Assembly (NCBI GenBank): GCA_963779755.1
Contig: CAVZZO010000001.1
Span: 448,001-512,000 of the forward strand
Reading direction: 5' to 3'
DNA length: 64,000 nt
Source of the DNA: an uncultured Gemmatimonadales bacterium
GTDB taxonomy: Bacteria; Gemmatimonadota; Gemmatimonadetes; Gemmatimonadales; GWC2-71-9
The notes under the pieces were generated by a model. It was given only the letters and a program-made list of their open reading frames with translations, was not told where the DNA came from and ran no database searches. The position numbers were made by a program, and so were the translations under genes. Shown here one piece after another: positions 37,421-47,298 of the stretch (its first letter is position 1; every line of letters begins with the position of its first letter).

Positions 37421-38542
37421 ATGAAACGCATCTGGCTGGGACTGCTCCTCCTGTTTGCGGGGGTGGCGTTGTTTCTGGGCTTCAAGGGCGCCGTGACCGC
37501 CGGCAGCTCCATTACCCGGACCTATTATATCGCCGCCGACACGATCGATTGGAATTATGTCCCCGCCGACAGCGATCTCACCTTCGGCAAGCCGCTGCGG
37601 AAGGAAGGTTTCGCGATCGACAACGCGCCGCCGGTAATGGCCACGACATTCCGGAAGGCGGTGTATCGCGAATACACCGACAGCAGCTTCACAACCCGGA
37701 AGCCCCGTCCGCCCAAGTGGCAGCAGCTCGGCATCCTGGGGCCGGTGCTGCGCGGAGCGGTGGGCGATACCATCGTCGTAGTCTTCCGCAACAACACGAG
37801 CTTCCCTGCGAGTATGCATCCGCACGGCGTGTTCTACGACGAGGCCGACGAGGAGGCGCTCTACAACGACGGCACGTCGGGGCCGGATAAGCTGGACGAT
37901 TCGGTGCCCCCGGGGGGGACGCATCGCTATGTCTGGCCCATCCCCGAACGCGCCGGCGATCCCTGGAGCTGGTACGTTTACAGCGCGGAGACCGGCGAGC
38001 ACGCCGGCAGCTATCTGGTTCGCTCGGGAGGGCACAAGTGGGCGGACCTGGATGCCTATGATGCCGGATTCGGCCCCAAGGGCAGCGCCCGTTTCAACGC
38101 CGATGTGGGGCCGCTGCTGGCATCCTGGACCAGCTATATCCAGCAGGACGACACCACAGAGCGGCATCTGCCGGACAGCGCCAACGGATACAACATGGTT
38201 ACGCTAATCACCTATCATCTCAAGCCCGACAAGTGGCGCACATTCGAGGCCTCCGTGAAGGCAGTGGACCAGGTCATCGCCAAGCACGATTACCCGGTCC
38301 GCTATGCCTGGTATAGCATCGCCAATGGCGGCAGAGGGCCGGTCCGGGGACTGGCCATCTTCCACCAGGACTGGGCCAGCTTCAAGGAGCCCGATCCCAA
38401 CCTCGTGCAGACCATCACCCAGGAATACGGATCGGACCTGGCCGAGCACATCCTGCAGGACTTCAGCGGGAGCTACTACGGGGTCGAATCGGAGGTCCTG
38501 AGGTTTCGGCCGGAACTTTCGGTGCAGCATTCGGGACAGTGA
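37421..38542 (+). CDS. Chimeric ORF: signal peptide + first ceruloplasmin-like cupredoxin domain fused to an unrelated domain
   Basis: TYYIAA..WNYVP, KAVYREYTD, GILGPVLRGAVGD, SMHPHG and YVWPIPERAG, then abrupt loss of the expected WxYHSH motif. Confidence 0.65.
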   Translation: MKRIWLGLLLLFAGVALFLGFKGAVTAGSSITRTYYIAADTIDWNYVPADSDLTFGKPLRKEGFAIDNAPPVMATTFRKAVYREYTDSSFTTRKPRPPKWQQLGILGPVLRGAVGDTIVVVFRNNTSFPASMHPHGVFYDEADEEALYNDGTSGPDKLDDSVPPGGTHRYVWPIPERAGDPWSWYVYSAETGEHAGSYLVRSGGHKWADLDAYDAGFGPKGSARFNADVGPLLASWTSYIQQDDTTERHLPDSANGYNMVTLITYHLKPDKWRTFEASVKAVDQVIAKHDYPVRYAWYSIANGGRGPVRGLAIFHQDWASFKEPDPNLVQTITQEYGSDLAEHILQDFSGSYYGVESEVLRFRPELSVQHSGQ

Positions 38543-38550
38543 GGCAGGCG

Positions 38551-38574
38551 GCGCCGGGCCCTGGGGCCCGGCGC
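38551..38574. terminator. GC hairpin after ORF 37421
   Basis: GCGCCGGGCC-ctgg-GGCCCGGCGC; no U-tract. Confidence 0.45.
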
Positions 38575-38669
38575 GCGTCACTCTCGCGCCGGAGGGTACG
38601 ACCCCCTAGCTTGAAGCCATCCTTCTTCATTCCTGCCTGCCAACTGGCTTCACCCCCCGCGGAGGCCTC

Positions 38670-41381
38670 ATGGCCGATGTGCTGACCAGTCTCCAGTCCG
38701 CCCTGGCCGACCGCTACCTGATCGAGCGGGAGTTGGGCCAGGGCGGCATGGCCACGGTATATCTCGCGCACGACCTGCGTCACGACCGCAAGGTGGCGCT
38801 CAAGGTGCTGCGGCCGGAGCTGGCTGCTATCCTGGGCGGGGAGCGCTTCCTGGCCGAGATCAAGACCACAGCCAATCTGCAGCATCCGCACATCCTGAGC
38901 CTGTTCGATTCGGGCGAGGCGGGCGGCATGGTGTACTACGTCATGCCGTTCGTGGAGGGCGAGAGCGTGCGCGACCGGTTGCAGCGGGAGCGTCAATTGC
39001 CGGTGGAGGTCGCCGTACGGCTCGCGATCGAAGTGGCCGACGCCCTGGCCTATGCGCACGAGCACGGCATCGTGCACCGGGACATCAAGCCGGAGAACAT
39101 CCTGCTCCACGGCGGCCATGCCCTGGTGGCCGATTTCGGCATCGCCCTGGCCGCCAGCCGGTCCGACGGGGGCACCCGCATGACCGAGACCGGTATGAGC
39201 CTGGGCACGCCGCACTACATGGCCCCGGAGCAGGCCATGGGCGAGCGCGAGATCACGCCCCGGGCGGATGTGTACGCGCTGGGTTGCGTGTTGTATGAAA
39301 TGCTGGTGGGCGAGCCGCCGTTCAACGGGCCGACGGCGCAGGCCATCATTGCGCGGGTCATGACCGAACAGCCGCGCTCCCTGGTACTCCAGCGGCATAC
39401 GGTGCCGCCGGAAATCGAGGCGGTGGTGAACCGGGCGCTGGAGAAGCTGCCGGCCGACCGGTTTGCATCGGCTGCTGATTTCCGGGACGCGCTGGCCAAC
39501 CCCGCTGCGTTTACCCGTTCCGCTCCCACCGGCACGGCGGCATTCCGGGCGGTCGCGGCACCGGGAGGGCGGGACTGGCGCAGCCGCGTGGCCATTCCCG
39601 CACTGGTCGCCGCGCTGGTGCTGGGAGCCGCGGCGGTCTGGGCCTTCCTCCGGCCGCATCCGCCGGCGCCGGTCTCCCGCTATGGCCTGGCGCTGCCCTC
39701 CAGGTTGTCTGTGTCCAACGCGACTCGGCTCGCGATTTCGCCGGACGGCTCGCACCTGGTCTTCACGGCGCGGTCGGTGGGATTACCGGTCGGCCAGCTG
39801 TATCTCCGCGCCAGAGACAGCGAGCAGGCTATCGCGCTGCCCGGCACGCTGGGCGCCGGGAGCGCCACCTTCTCCCCCGACGGCCGCTGGATTGCGTTCA
39901 CGCTGACCGACGGCACGCTGAGGAAGCAGGCCGTCAGCGGCGGCGCGGCTATCCTGGTGGCCGATTCGGTCTCCATCCCCGAAACGGTTGCCTGGCTCGA
40001 CGATGGGACCATCGTCTATACCGGTCATCAGGGCCGCGGCTTATGGCGTACGTCCGCCGTAGATCGCGGCACCCCCCGGCCCGTGTGGCCGGCGGATTCC
40101 GGCCTGGTGGGCGAGGTGAGCAGCCTGCCCGGTTCGCGCGGCGTCTTCTTCGTTCGGTGCAATGGGAGCGGATGCGCCAGTGGAATCGTGGACCTCTGGG
40201 TACTGGACCTGGCGTCGGGGACCGCCCGGGAGGTCATGCCGGGCGCGCTGCTCGGGCGATACCTCGACACCGGGCACGTACTGTTCGTGCGAACTGACGG
40301 GGCGGCCCTCGTGATGCCTTTCGATCTGAAGCATCTGCGCGCGAGCGGCTCGCCGGTGCCCGTGCTGGACAGCATCGCGATCCGGCCAGGCGGCTACGCT
40401 CAGCTGGACGTGTCGCGCCAGGGCATGCTGGTGATGTTGCGGGGCTCGAGACAGGGGGAGCAGGAGCAGCTCCTCTGGGTGGACCGCTCGGGCAAGACTG
40501 ATCCGGTGGATTCGGCGCGCGTCCAGCTGACGGGAAACGGCAACGCCGGCTGGTCCTTCTCTCCGGACGGCCGGCGGCTCGCTATCAGCCTGCAGGATGC
40601 GGCCGGGGCGGCCATCTGGGTGAAGCAGCTCCCGGACGGCCCCTTGTCGCGCGTGACCTTCGACAGCACGCTGGCCTTCCGCCCCCGGTGGATGGCCGAC
40701 GGGAGGACGCTGAGCTATATCGGCGGGTCGGACTCCGGCCTGGCACTTTACTCGGTGCCTGCCGACGGTACCGGCAGGTCCCGGCTGCTGATGCGGACCG
40801 CGGGCGATCTGTACGAGGGGGCACAGAGCCCGGATGGCCGCTGGATTGTGGTGCGCACCGCCGGTGGTGTCGGCCGGGTAGGCCGGGACATCCTGGGATA
40901 CCGCAAGGGCGATACGGCCGCGGTCCCGCTCATGGCCAACCCCGCGTACGACGAATCCGCCTTTGCCGTCAGCCCGGACAGCAGGTGGATCGCGTACGAG
41001 TCAGACGAGACCGGCCGCCGGGAGGTGTACCTGCGGCCCTTCCCGGCTACCGATGGGGGAAAGTGGCAGGTATCGACCAGCGGCGGCATGGCCCCGGTCT
41101 GGGCCCGGACCGGGCGCGAGCTCTTCTTCGTGGACGGACAACGGCGAATGACGGCCGTGTCGGTGGCGGGCGGCCCGGCTCCGGAACTCGGAGGACGCAA
41201 GACGCTGTTCACCCTGTCACCTGATGACTATCTCGACGATAACACCTACTACGCGCCCTTTGATGTCGGCCCGGACGGGCGCTTCATCATGGCCCGCCAG
41301 GTCCGTGTGGACGCTGATACACCGCCGCTCATCGTGGTGGAGAACTGGCTGACGGAGCTGCGGCAGCGGCTGGCGAAGTAG
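38670..41381 (+). CDS. Ser/Thr kinase + TM + beta-propeller
   Basis: GGAGG RBS; kinase motifs; TM; propeller repeats. Confidence 0.93.
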   Translation: MADVLTSLQSALADRYLIERELGQGGMATVYLAHDLRHDRKVALKVLRPELAAILGGERFLAEIKTTANLQHPHILSLFDSGEAGGMVYYVMPFVEGESVRDRLQRERQLPVEVAVRLAIEVADALAYAHEHGIVHRDIKPENILLHGGHALVADFGIALAASRSDGGTRMTETGMSLGTPHYMAPEQAMGEREITPRADVYALGCVLYEMLVGEPPFNGPTAQAIIARVMTEQPRSLVLQRHTVPPEIEAVVNRALEKLPADRFASAADFRDALANPAAFTRSAPTGTAAFRAVAAPGGRDWRSRVAIPALVAALVLGAAAVWAFLRPHPPAPVSRYGLALPSRLSVSNATRLAISPDGSHLVFTARSVGLPVGQLYLRARDSEQAIALPGTLGAGSATFSPDGRWIAFTLTDGTLRKQAVSGGAAILVADSVSIPETVAWLDDGTIVYTGHQGRGLWRTSAVDRGTPRPVWPADSGLVGEVSSLPGSRGVFFVRCNGSGCASGIVDLWVLDLASGTAREVMPGALLGRYLDTGHVLFVRTDGAALVMPFDLKHLRASGSPVPVLDSIAIRPGGYAQLDVSRQGMLVMLRGSRQGEQEQLLWVDRSGKTDPVDSARVQLTGNGNAGWSFSPDGRRLAISLQDAAGAAIWVKQLPDGPLSRVTFDSTLAFRPRWMADGRTLSYIGGSDSGLALYSVPADGTGRSRLLMRTAGDLYEGAQSPDGRWIVVRTAGGVGRVGRDILGYRKGDTAAVPLMANPAYDESAFAVSPDSRWIAYESDETGRREVYLRPFPATDGGKWQVSTSGGMAPVWARTGRELFFVDGQRRMTAVSVAGGPAPELGGRKTLFTLSPDDYLDDNTYYAPFDVGPDGRFIMARQVRVDADTPPLIVVENWLTELRQRLAK

Positions 41382-41445
41382 AAACCGGATAACCTCGCCG
41401 GCCGGCGCGCGCACCTTGCCGTCCTGCCCGTCCTGAGGAGCTCGT

Positions 41446-44055
41446 ATGAGCGACGTCCTGACCAGTCTCCAGTCCGCCCTGGCCGACCGCTATACCATCG
41501 AGCGGCAGTTGGGCGAGGGCGGGATGGCGACGGTCTATCTGGCCGAAGACCTGAAGCACGGACGGAAGGTGGCCATCAAGGTGCTGCGCCCCGAGCTGGC
41601 GGCGGTGATCGGGGCGGAGCGGTTCGTGCGGGAGATCCGCACCATCGCGGCGCTGCAGCATCCGCACATCCTGGGGCTGATTGACTCGGGTGAGGTCACC
41701 GGGACGGCCTACTACGTCATGCCCTACGTCGAGGGCGAGTCGCTGCGCGACCGGCTCAACCGGGAGAAGCAGTTGCCGGTGGCCGACGCGGTGCGGATCG
41801 CGACGGAAGTGGCGGGAGCGCTGGACTACGCCCACCGGCACGGGATCATCCACCGCGACATCAAGCCGGAGAACATCCTGCTGCACGACGGCTCGGCGCT
41901 GGTGGCGGATTTCGGGATCGCGCTGGCGGTGAGCAGCGCCGGCGGGACCCGGATGACCGAGACGGGGATGAGCCTGGGGACGCCCTTCTACATGAGCCCG
42001 GAACAGGCCATGGGCGAGCGGGAGATCACGGCGCGGAGCGACGTGTACGCGCTGGGGGCGATGACCTACGAGATGCTGGTGGGGGACCCGCCGTTCACCG
42101 GAAGCACGGCGCAGGCGATCGTGGCCAAGGTGGTGACGGAGACGCCGCGGCCCATGCTGCCGCAGCGGCATACGATTCCGCCGCAGGTGGAGGCGGCGGT
42201 GCTCACGGCGCTGGAGAAGCTCCCGGCCGACCGCTTTGCCAGCGCGGCGGAGTTCGCGACCGCGCTGAGCGACACGACGGCACCGGTGGTGACCCGGCCG
42301 GGCGCCGCGACCACGACGCGACCGGTCCCTGCTCGGGCTCTCCGCCCACTCCCCTGGCTCGTTGCCGGCCTTGCCCTGGCAATTGCGCTGGCATCCTGGA
42401 TCCTGCGCCCGCGCGAGACCGGGGCGCCGGTCCTCCAGGTCGAGCTGGAACCGCCCCGGGGTGTGGAATTCGCGGAGTTCCGCTTTGCCGCCCTCTCCCC
42501 GGACGGTGAACGGCTAGCCTTCATCGGCCTGGGTGCGGCCGGCGAGCGGAAGCTCTGGGTTCGCAATCTGAGGTCCGGACAGGTGGATTCCCTCTCCGGC
42601 ACTGCCGGCGCGGAGGCACCGTTCTGGGCACCGGACGGCCGGGCGGTCGGATTTTTCGCCCGTGGATCGCTCATGCGGTTCGACCTCGGCGGCGGCGTGT
42701 CACGCACCCTGTGTCCGGTAGCCGACCTGGGAGGCTCCTGGAGCAGTCGCGGTACCATCATCTTTACCCGCTCGGGTCATCCCATGGTTGTGCCCGCCGA
42801 CGGTGGCGAGTGCACGGTCGTGGCCGGCGCATGGCGGGACGCCTCCCGGACCCTCTCCTGGCCGGCCTGGTTTCCCGACGGACGGCGGTTCGCGGGCAAC
42901 GACTCGGCGGGTCTGGTATGGAGTGATATCAACGGTGTCGCCCCGCGCGCCCTCCTTCCGGGGGCACATTTCGTCCAACTGCTCTCTCCGGGGGTTGCCG
43001 TATACAGCCGTCAGGGCCGCTCGGGGGCTGATATCGTCGCGCAGCGCCTAGACCTGAAACACGCAGTTCCGCAAGGGGAAAGGGTCACCCTGGCGAGAGG
43101 AATCCGGGCCGCGGGCCTGGTCCCGTCCTATACGGTGGCCCGGAACGGGCTGGTCTACCTCCAGACGGCACAGCTGGATGAGGGGCCGCTGATCGTCGAT
43201 GAGAAGGGTGCCATTCGAGACAGTATTTCTCTGCAGGGCACCTGGACCCTGCGGGCGGCGTGGAGAAGACCCGCGGTTGCGCTCGCCGGTTACGGCCTCT
43301 GGGTTTACGACCTCCAGCGGCGTACGACTGTCCCGGTGCGCCCAACGGGAGTGTTCATGTTCCCGGTGTGGAGTCCAGGCGATTCCCTGCTTGCCGCACT
43401 GGACGGCAGGACCGGGAAAACCATCCTGATAAACCTTCAGAATGGGGCGGATAGCACGATCGTTGACCAAACCGGCAGGGGGAACAGTTTCACACCCACC
43501 GATTGGACGTCCGACGGCAGGTATCTCATCCTGGTAGGGGAGACGCCGAACAACGAACGGCATGGCGCCCTCTGGACTCTGAGCACCGCAACGGGCAAGC
43601 TGGAACCGCTGGTGTCCGTGAGCGGAACCGCATCGGCGGGCGCTGTGTCCCCGGACGGGAAGTGGTTGGCCTACGTCTCTGACGAGACCGGCGAGCTGGA
43701 GGTTTACCTGCGCCCGTTCCGGCAGGGCGGGGCCGTCACCAGAGTCTCGCTGGCGGGAGGAGGGTTGCCTCGCTGGCGCCGCGACGGGCACGCCTTGTTC
43801 TTTGAGGGGCCGGATGGTTCGATCATGCAGGTGCCGGTGAGGGCCGATCCCGGCCTTCAGGTGGGAAGCCCGCAGGCGCTCTTCCGCTCGCCGCGCTGGA
43901 GTGCCCGCCTCTTCGCGGACCAATTCGGTGGCGTTCAGGCCACCACCACCTATGATGTGGGCGCGGACGGCCACGAGTTCCTGGTCCGGCAGCGGGTCGA
44001 AGGCAGCCCGTCGGCAACTCTACTGCTCAACTGGCAGCAACTGCTCGGACAGTAG
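41446..44055 (+). CDS. Ser/Thr kinase + TM + beta-propeller
   Basis: GAGGAG RBS preceded by degenerate CTTGCCGT units; kinase motifs; TM LPWLVAGLALAIALASWIL. Confidence 0.92.
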   Translation: MSDVLTSLQSALADRYTIERQLGEGGMATVYLAEDLKHGRKVAIKVLRPELAAVIGAERFVREIRTIAALQHPHILGLIDSGEVTGTAYYVMPYVEGESLRDRLNREKQLPVADAVRIATEVAGALDYAHRHGIIHRDIKPENILLHDGSALVADFGIALAVSSAGGTRMTETGMSLGTPFYMSPEQAMGEREITARSDVYALGAMTYEMLVGDPPFTGSTAQAIVAKVVTETPRPMLPQRHTIPPQVEAAVLTALEKLPADRFASAAEFATALSDTTAPVVTRPGAATTTRPVPARALRPLPWLVAGLALAIALASWILRPRETGAPVLQVELEPPRGVEFAEFRFAALSPDGERLAFIGLGAAGERKLWVRNLRSGQVDSLSGTAGAEAPFWAPDGRAVGFFARGSLMRFDLGGGVSRTLCPVADLGGSWSSRGTIIFTRSGHPMVVPADGGECTVVAGAWRDASRTLSWPAWFPDGRRFAGNDSAGLVWSDINGVAPRALLPGAHFVQLLSPGVAVYSRQGRSGADIVAQRLDLKHAVPQGERVTLARGIRAAGLVPSYTVARNGLVYLQTAQLDEGPLIVDEKGAIRDSISLQGTWTLRAAWRRPAVALAGYGLWVYDLQRRTTVPVRPTGVFMFPVWSPGDSLLAALDGRTGKTILINLQNGADSTIVDQTGRGNSFTPTDWTSDGRYLILVGETPNNERHGALWTLSTATGKLEPLVSVSGTASAGAVSPDGKWLAYVSDETGELEVYLRPFRQGGAVTRVSLAGGGLPRWRRDGHALFFEGPDGSIMQVPVRADPGLQVGSPQALFRSPRWSARLFADQFGGVQATTTYDVGADGHEFLVRQRVEGSPSATLLLNWQQLLGQ

Positions 44056-44153
44056 TCTCATGAGCCAGAGCGTCAGGCCTCGGACGGCAGGAGCCTCCGG
44101 TCCTGGCGCGGGACAGGAAGAAGCTGACGCAGGCGCAGGGAAACCGGTGATGA

Positions 44154-44204
44154 TACGACCGGCAGAGCGACATCTGGCTGATGGAGCTGTAACGGCCGGG
44201 TGGC
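44154..44204 (+). pseudogene. Orphan 3' end related to kinase 32941..35574
   Basis: tacgaccggcagagcgacatctggctgatggagctgtaacggccgggtggc is nearly identical to 35491-35541 (YDRQSDIWLMEL). Confidence 0.75.
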
Positions 44205-44277
44205 TGATCCATAGAAGAACCCGGGCCCATGCAGCACTCTCCCTGGCTGGAACGGGTCCGCCAGCCCATCTTGGATC

Positions 44278-44313
44278 CACAGATTTCACAGATTCCCCTG
44301 ATTTCACTGATCA
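44278..44313. repeat. Degenerate 9-mer tandem repeat (CACAGATTT-like) x4
   Basis: cacagattt cacagattc ccctgattt cactgatca; a related ccgcagatg x2 lies at 29943-29960. Confidence 0.65.
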
Positions 44314-44390
44314 GGCAGACTGCAGCGCAGCTCCGGCCCGATCCGAGAGGTTGACGGCTGGCGTGTTTCCGCCCTGGTGGCAACCTGGGT

Positions 44391-44430
44391 CTGACCGCCT
44401 GACCGCCTGACCGCCTGACCGCCTGACCGC
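44391..44430. repeat. (CTGACCGC)x5 abutting the RBS CTGAGGAG
   Basis: Counted directly. Confidence 0.93.
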
Positions 44431-44443
44431 CTGAGGAGACACT

Positions 44444-47119
44444 GTGCCCGACATGCTGACCAGTCTCCGGTCCGCCCTGGCCGACCGCTACCGCATCGAG
44501 CGGGAGCTGGGCGAAGGGGGCATGGCCACCGTCTACCTGGCTGAAGACCTGAAGCACGGCCGCAAGGTGGCCATCAAGGTCCTGCGGCCCGAGCTGGCGG
44601 CGGTGATCGGGGCGGAGCGCTTCGTACGGGAGATCAGGACCATCGCGGCGCTGCAGCACCCGCATATTCTGGGGCTGATCGATTCGGGCGAGATCAACGG
44701 CACCGCGTACTACGTGATGCCGTTCGTGGAGGGGGAGTCGCTGCGGGACCGGCTGAGTCGCGAGAAGCAGCTCCCGGTGACCGAGGCCGTCCGCATCGCC
44801 ACCGAGGTGGCGTCCGCCCTGGACTATGCTCACCGGCACGGCGTCATCCACCGCGACATCAAGCCTGAGAACGTCCTGCTGCACGACGGCTCGGCCCTGG
44901 TAGCCGATTTCGGCATCGCGCTGGCGGTGAGCACCGCGGGCGGCGGCACCCGGATGACCGAGACGGGGATGAGCTTGGGCACGCCCCATTACATGTCTCC
45001 CGAGCAGGCCATGGGCGAGCGGGAGATCACGGCGCGCTCGGACGTGTACGCCCTGGGCGCGATGACCTACGAGATGCTGGTGGGCGATCCGCCGTTCACC
45101 GGCAGCACGGCGCAGGCCATCGTGGCCAAGGTGGTGACGGAAACGCCGCGTCCCATGCTGCCGCAGCGGCATACCATTCCTCCGCACGTCGATGCCGCGG
45201 TCCTGACCGCGCTGGAGAAGCTCCCGGCCGACCGCTACGGCAGCGCGGCGGAGTTCGCGGCCGCCCTGGCGAACCCGGCCACCACCACGATGCATACCCG
45301 TGCGTTTCCGGTGGGCCGGCGGCGGCGCCGGGAGTGGATCGCCGCCGCGGCGATTGTGCTGCTGGCGCTGGCGGCGGGCCTGATGCTCGGCCGGCGCCGG
45401 GCCGTGGCGGGGAGCATCGGTCCCGCTCAGGTGGTGCAGGCCAGCCTGGCGCTGGGTGACAGTACGATCATCCGGGCCATCAGCAATGTGCGGCTGGCGA
45501 TCAGCCCCGACGGCCGGCGCATCGCATTCGTGGGTGGGGCGGGGGGCGAGGACGCGCTCTTCATCCGCGAACTCGACCAGCCCGCGGCCCACATGCTCCC
45601 GGACACGCGGGGTGCCTTCGCGCCATTCTTCTCTCCCGACGGAGCATCCGTCGGGTTCTTCACCGCGGCCGGCGGCCGGACCAACCTGAAGATCATCGCC
45701 ATCAGCGGCGGGGTGACGCGTACCGTGGCCGACTCGGTGGCCCCTTATGGCGGGGCGTCCTGGGGAGATGACGGAAAGATCTACTTCACCGATCTGGGCC
45801 GGGGCCTCTCCCGGATCTCGGACGTGGGTGGTGCGGCGACCAGGATTGCCGGACCGGACTCCTCCAGAGTCATCCAGGAGCTGGACTTTCCCGACGTGCT
45901 TCCCGGCAGCCGGTATGCGGTGGGGATGCTGTGGCGAGGATCTCCGGGTGCCAATCACGTCGGCCTGATCAACCTCGCATCCGGTGTCATCACCGACCTC
46001 GCGGAGGGGTCATACGCCCGCTATGCTGCCCCCGGCTTTCTGGTGATCGGGACATCCGACGGCCGGCTGCTGGCGGCTCCCCTGGACGCTCGCCATGGAA
46101 AGCTGGGGGCGCCTCCGGTTGCCGTCTTATCCCTGGTGCAGGCGGAGGGCGCCAATGGCACGGTGCCATTTGCCGTATCGGCCACCGGTACCCTGGTATA
46201 TCAGCCGGTCGCGGGCGATCGTGCCGGCCTTGTCTGGGTGGACCGGACCGGCGGCCGGACCAAGGTCGATTCGACGCTCACCGGTCTCCTGCCGGTCGCG
46301 GCCCTCTCACCCGACGGCCGCCAGATCGCGGTGAGCCGAAGCGCGGGTGGCGACAATCAGGTCTGGGTGATGCAGCTGGCCACCGGGGCTCTGAGCCGGC
46401 TGTCGTTCGACGTGACCAACGCGGCCCGGCCGGTCTGGACCCCCGACGGCCGCCAGGTGGCCTTTCTGGCCACCCGCGACAGCCGGCACACCGCCTGGAT
46501 CCGCCGGGCCGACGGGAGCGACAACATGCGGCCCGCGTCCCCCGACAGCGTTCCGCTGGATGAGATCGGGTTCGACCCCCAGGGACGCTATACCCTCTAC
46601 CGTACGGAGGGCGGGGGTCCCGGAACCCGGCACCTGCTGGTCAGCAGGAACGGGGTGGATACCGTCCCCCGGATCCTGGTGCAGTCCTCTTTCGATCACT
46701 ATGGCATGCAGATTTCGCCCGACGGCAAGTGGCTGGCATACGTGTCCGAAGAGTCCGGCATTCCCGAGGTGCAGGTCCGTCCTTTCCCCACGGTGGATTC
46801 GGCGCGGTTCGTGGTGTCGGTCGGCGGTGGCTCGGAACCGCTATGGGGTCCCGACGGTACCGAGCTCTTCTTCCGGAGCCAGCGGAGCGACATGATGGTG
46901 GCCCCGGTCACCACCGGCAAGCAGTTCTCGCACGGCACGCCGCGACGGTTCTTCGACGGCACCGGTCTCGCCGTGGACCCGTATCATCGCAGCTATGACA
47001 TAACGGCGGACGGCAAGCGGTTCCTCATGGTCACCTCGGGCGGCGAGGACGCGCCATCGGTGAACGTGATCTTCAACTGGGTCCATGAACTCCAGGCGCT
47101 GAAGGCGGCTTCGCGGTGA
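44444..47119 (+). CDS. Ser/Thr kinase + TM + beta-propeller
   Basis: Kinase motifs; TM WIAAAAIVLLALAAGLML; propeller repeats. Confidence 0.92.
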   Translation: MPDMLTSLRSALADRYRIERELGEGGMATVYLAEDLKHGRKVAIKVLRPELAAVIGAERFVREIRTIAALQHPHILGLIDSGEINGTAYYVMPFVEGESLRDRLSREKQLPVTEAVRIATEVASALDYAHRHGVIHRDIKPENVLLHDGSALVADFGIALAVSTAGGGTRMTETGMSLGTPHYMSPEQAMGEREITARSDVYALGAMTYEMLVGDPPFTGSTAQAIVAKVVTETPRPMLPQRHTIPPHVDAAVLTALEKLPADRYGSAAEFAAALANPATTTMHTRAFPVGRRRRREWIAAAAIVLLALAAGLMLGRRRAVAGSIGPAQVVQASLALGDSTIIRAISNVRLAISPDGRRIAFVGGAGGEDALFIRELDQPAAHMLPDTRGAFAPFFSPDGASVGFFTAAGGRTNLKIIAISGGVTRTVADSVAPYGGASWGDDGKIYFTDLGRGLSRISDVGGAATRIAGPDSSRVIQELDFPDVLPGSRYAVGMLWRGSPGANHVGLINLASGVITDLAEGSYARYAAPGFLVIGTSDGRLLAAPLDARHGKLGAPPVAVLSLVQAEGANGTVPFAVSATGTLVYQPVAGDRAGLVWVDRTGGRTKVDSTLTGLLPVAALSPDGRQIAVSRSAGGDNQVWVMQLATGALSRLSFDVTNAARPVWTPDGRQVAFLATRDSRHTAWIRRADGSDNMRPASPDSVPLDEIGFDPQGRYTLYRTEGGGPGTRHLLVSRNGVDTVPRILVQSSFDHYGMQISPDGKWLAYVSEESGIPEVQVRPFPTVDSARFVVSVGGGSEPLWGPDGTELFFRSQRSDMMVAPVTTGKQFSHGTPRRFFDGTGLAVDPYHRSYDITADGKRFLMVTSGGEDAPSVNVIFNWVHELQALKAASR

Positions 47120-47210
47120 CATCCAGCCCGATGGAGTGCCCGAACTGCTCGTCACCTACCGCTGGAAGAATGCCCTGCGGGCGCAGCTGCGGAGCGTCGG
47201 GAGTAATTGA
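47118..47210 (+). pseudogene. Probable orphan 3' end of a kinase-propeller gene
   Basis: DIQPDGVPELLVTYRWKNALRAQLRSVGSN*; compare ELFVVHDWVSELKARLKS in 47299. Confidence 0.55.
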
Positions 47211-47242
47211 AGAGAAAAGGACTGAGGACTGAGTAGGTTCGC

Positions 47243-47280
47243 ACCGCCGTACCGCCGTACCGCCGTACCGCCGTACCGCC
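47243..47280. repeat. (ACCGCCGT)x4 + ACCGCC upstream of kinase 47299
   Basis: Counted directly; followed by TGACCCGAGGAGG. Confidence 0.92.
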
Positions 47281-47298
47281 TGACCCGAGGAGGCCGCA

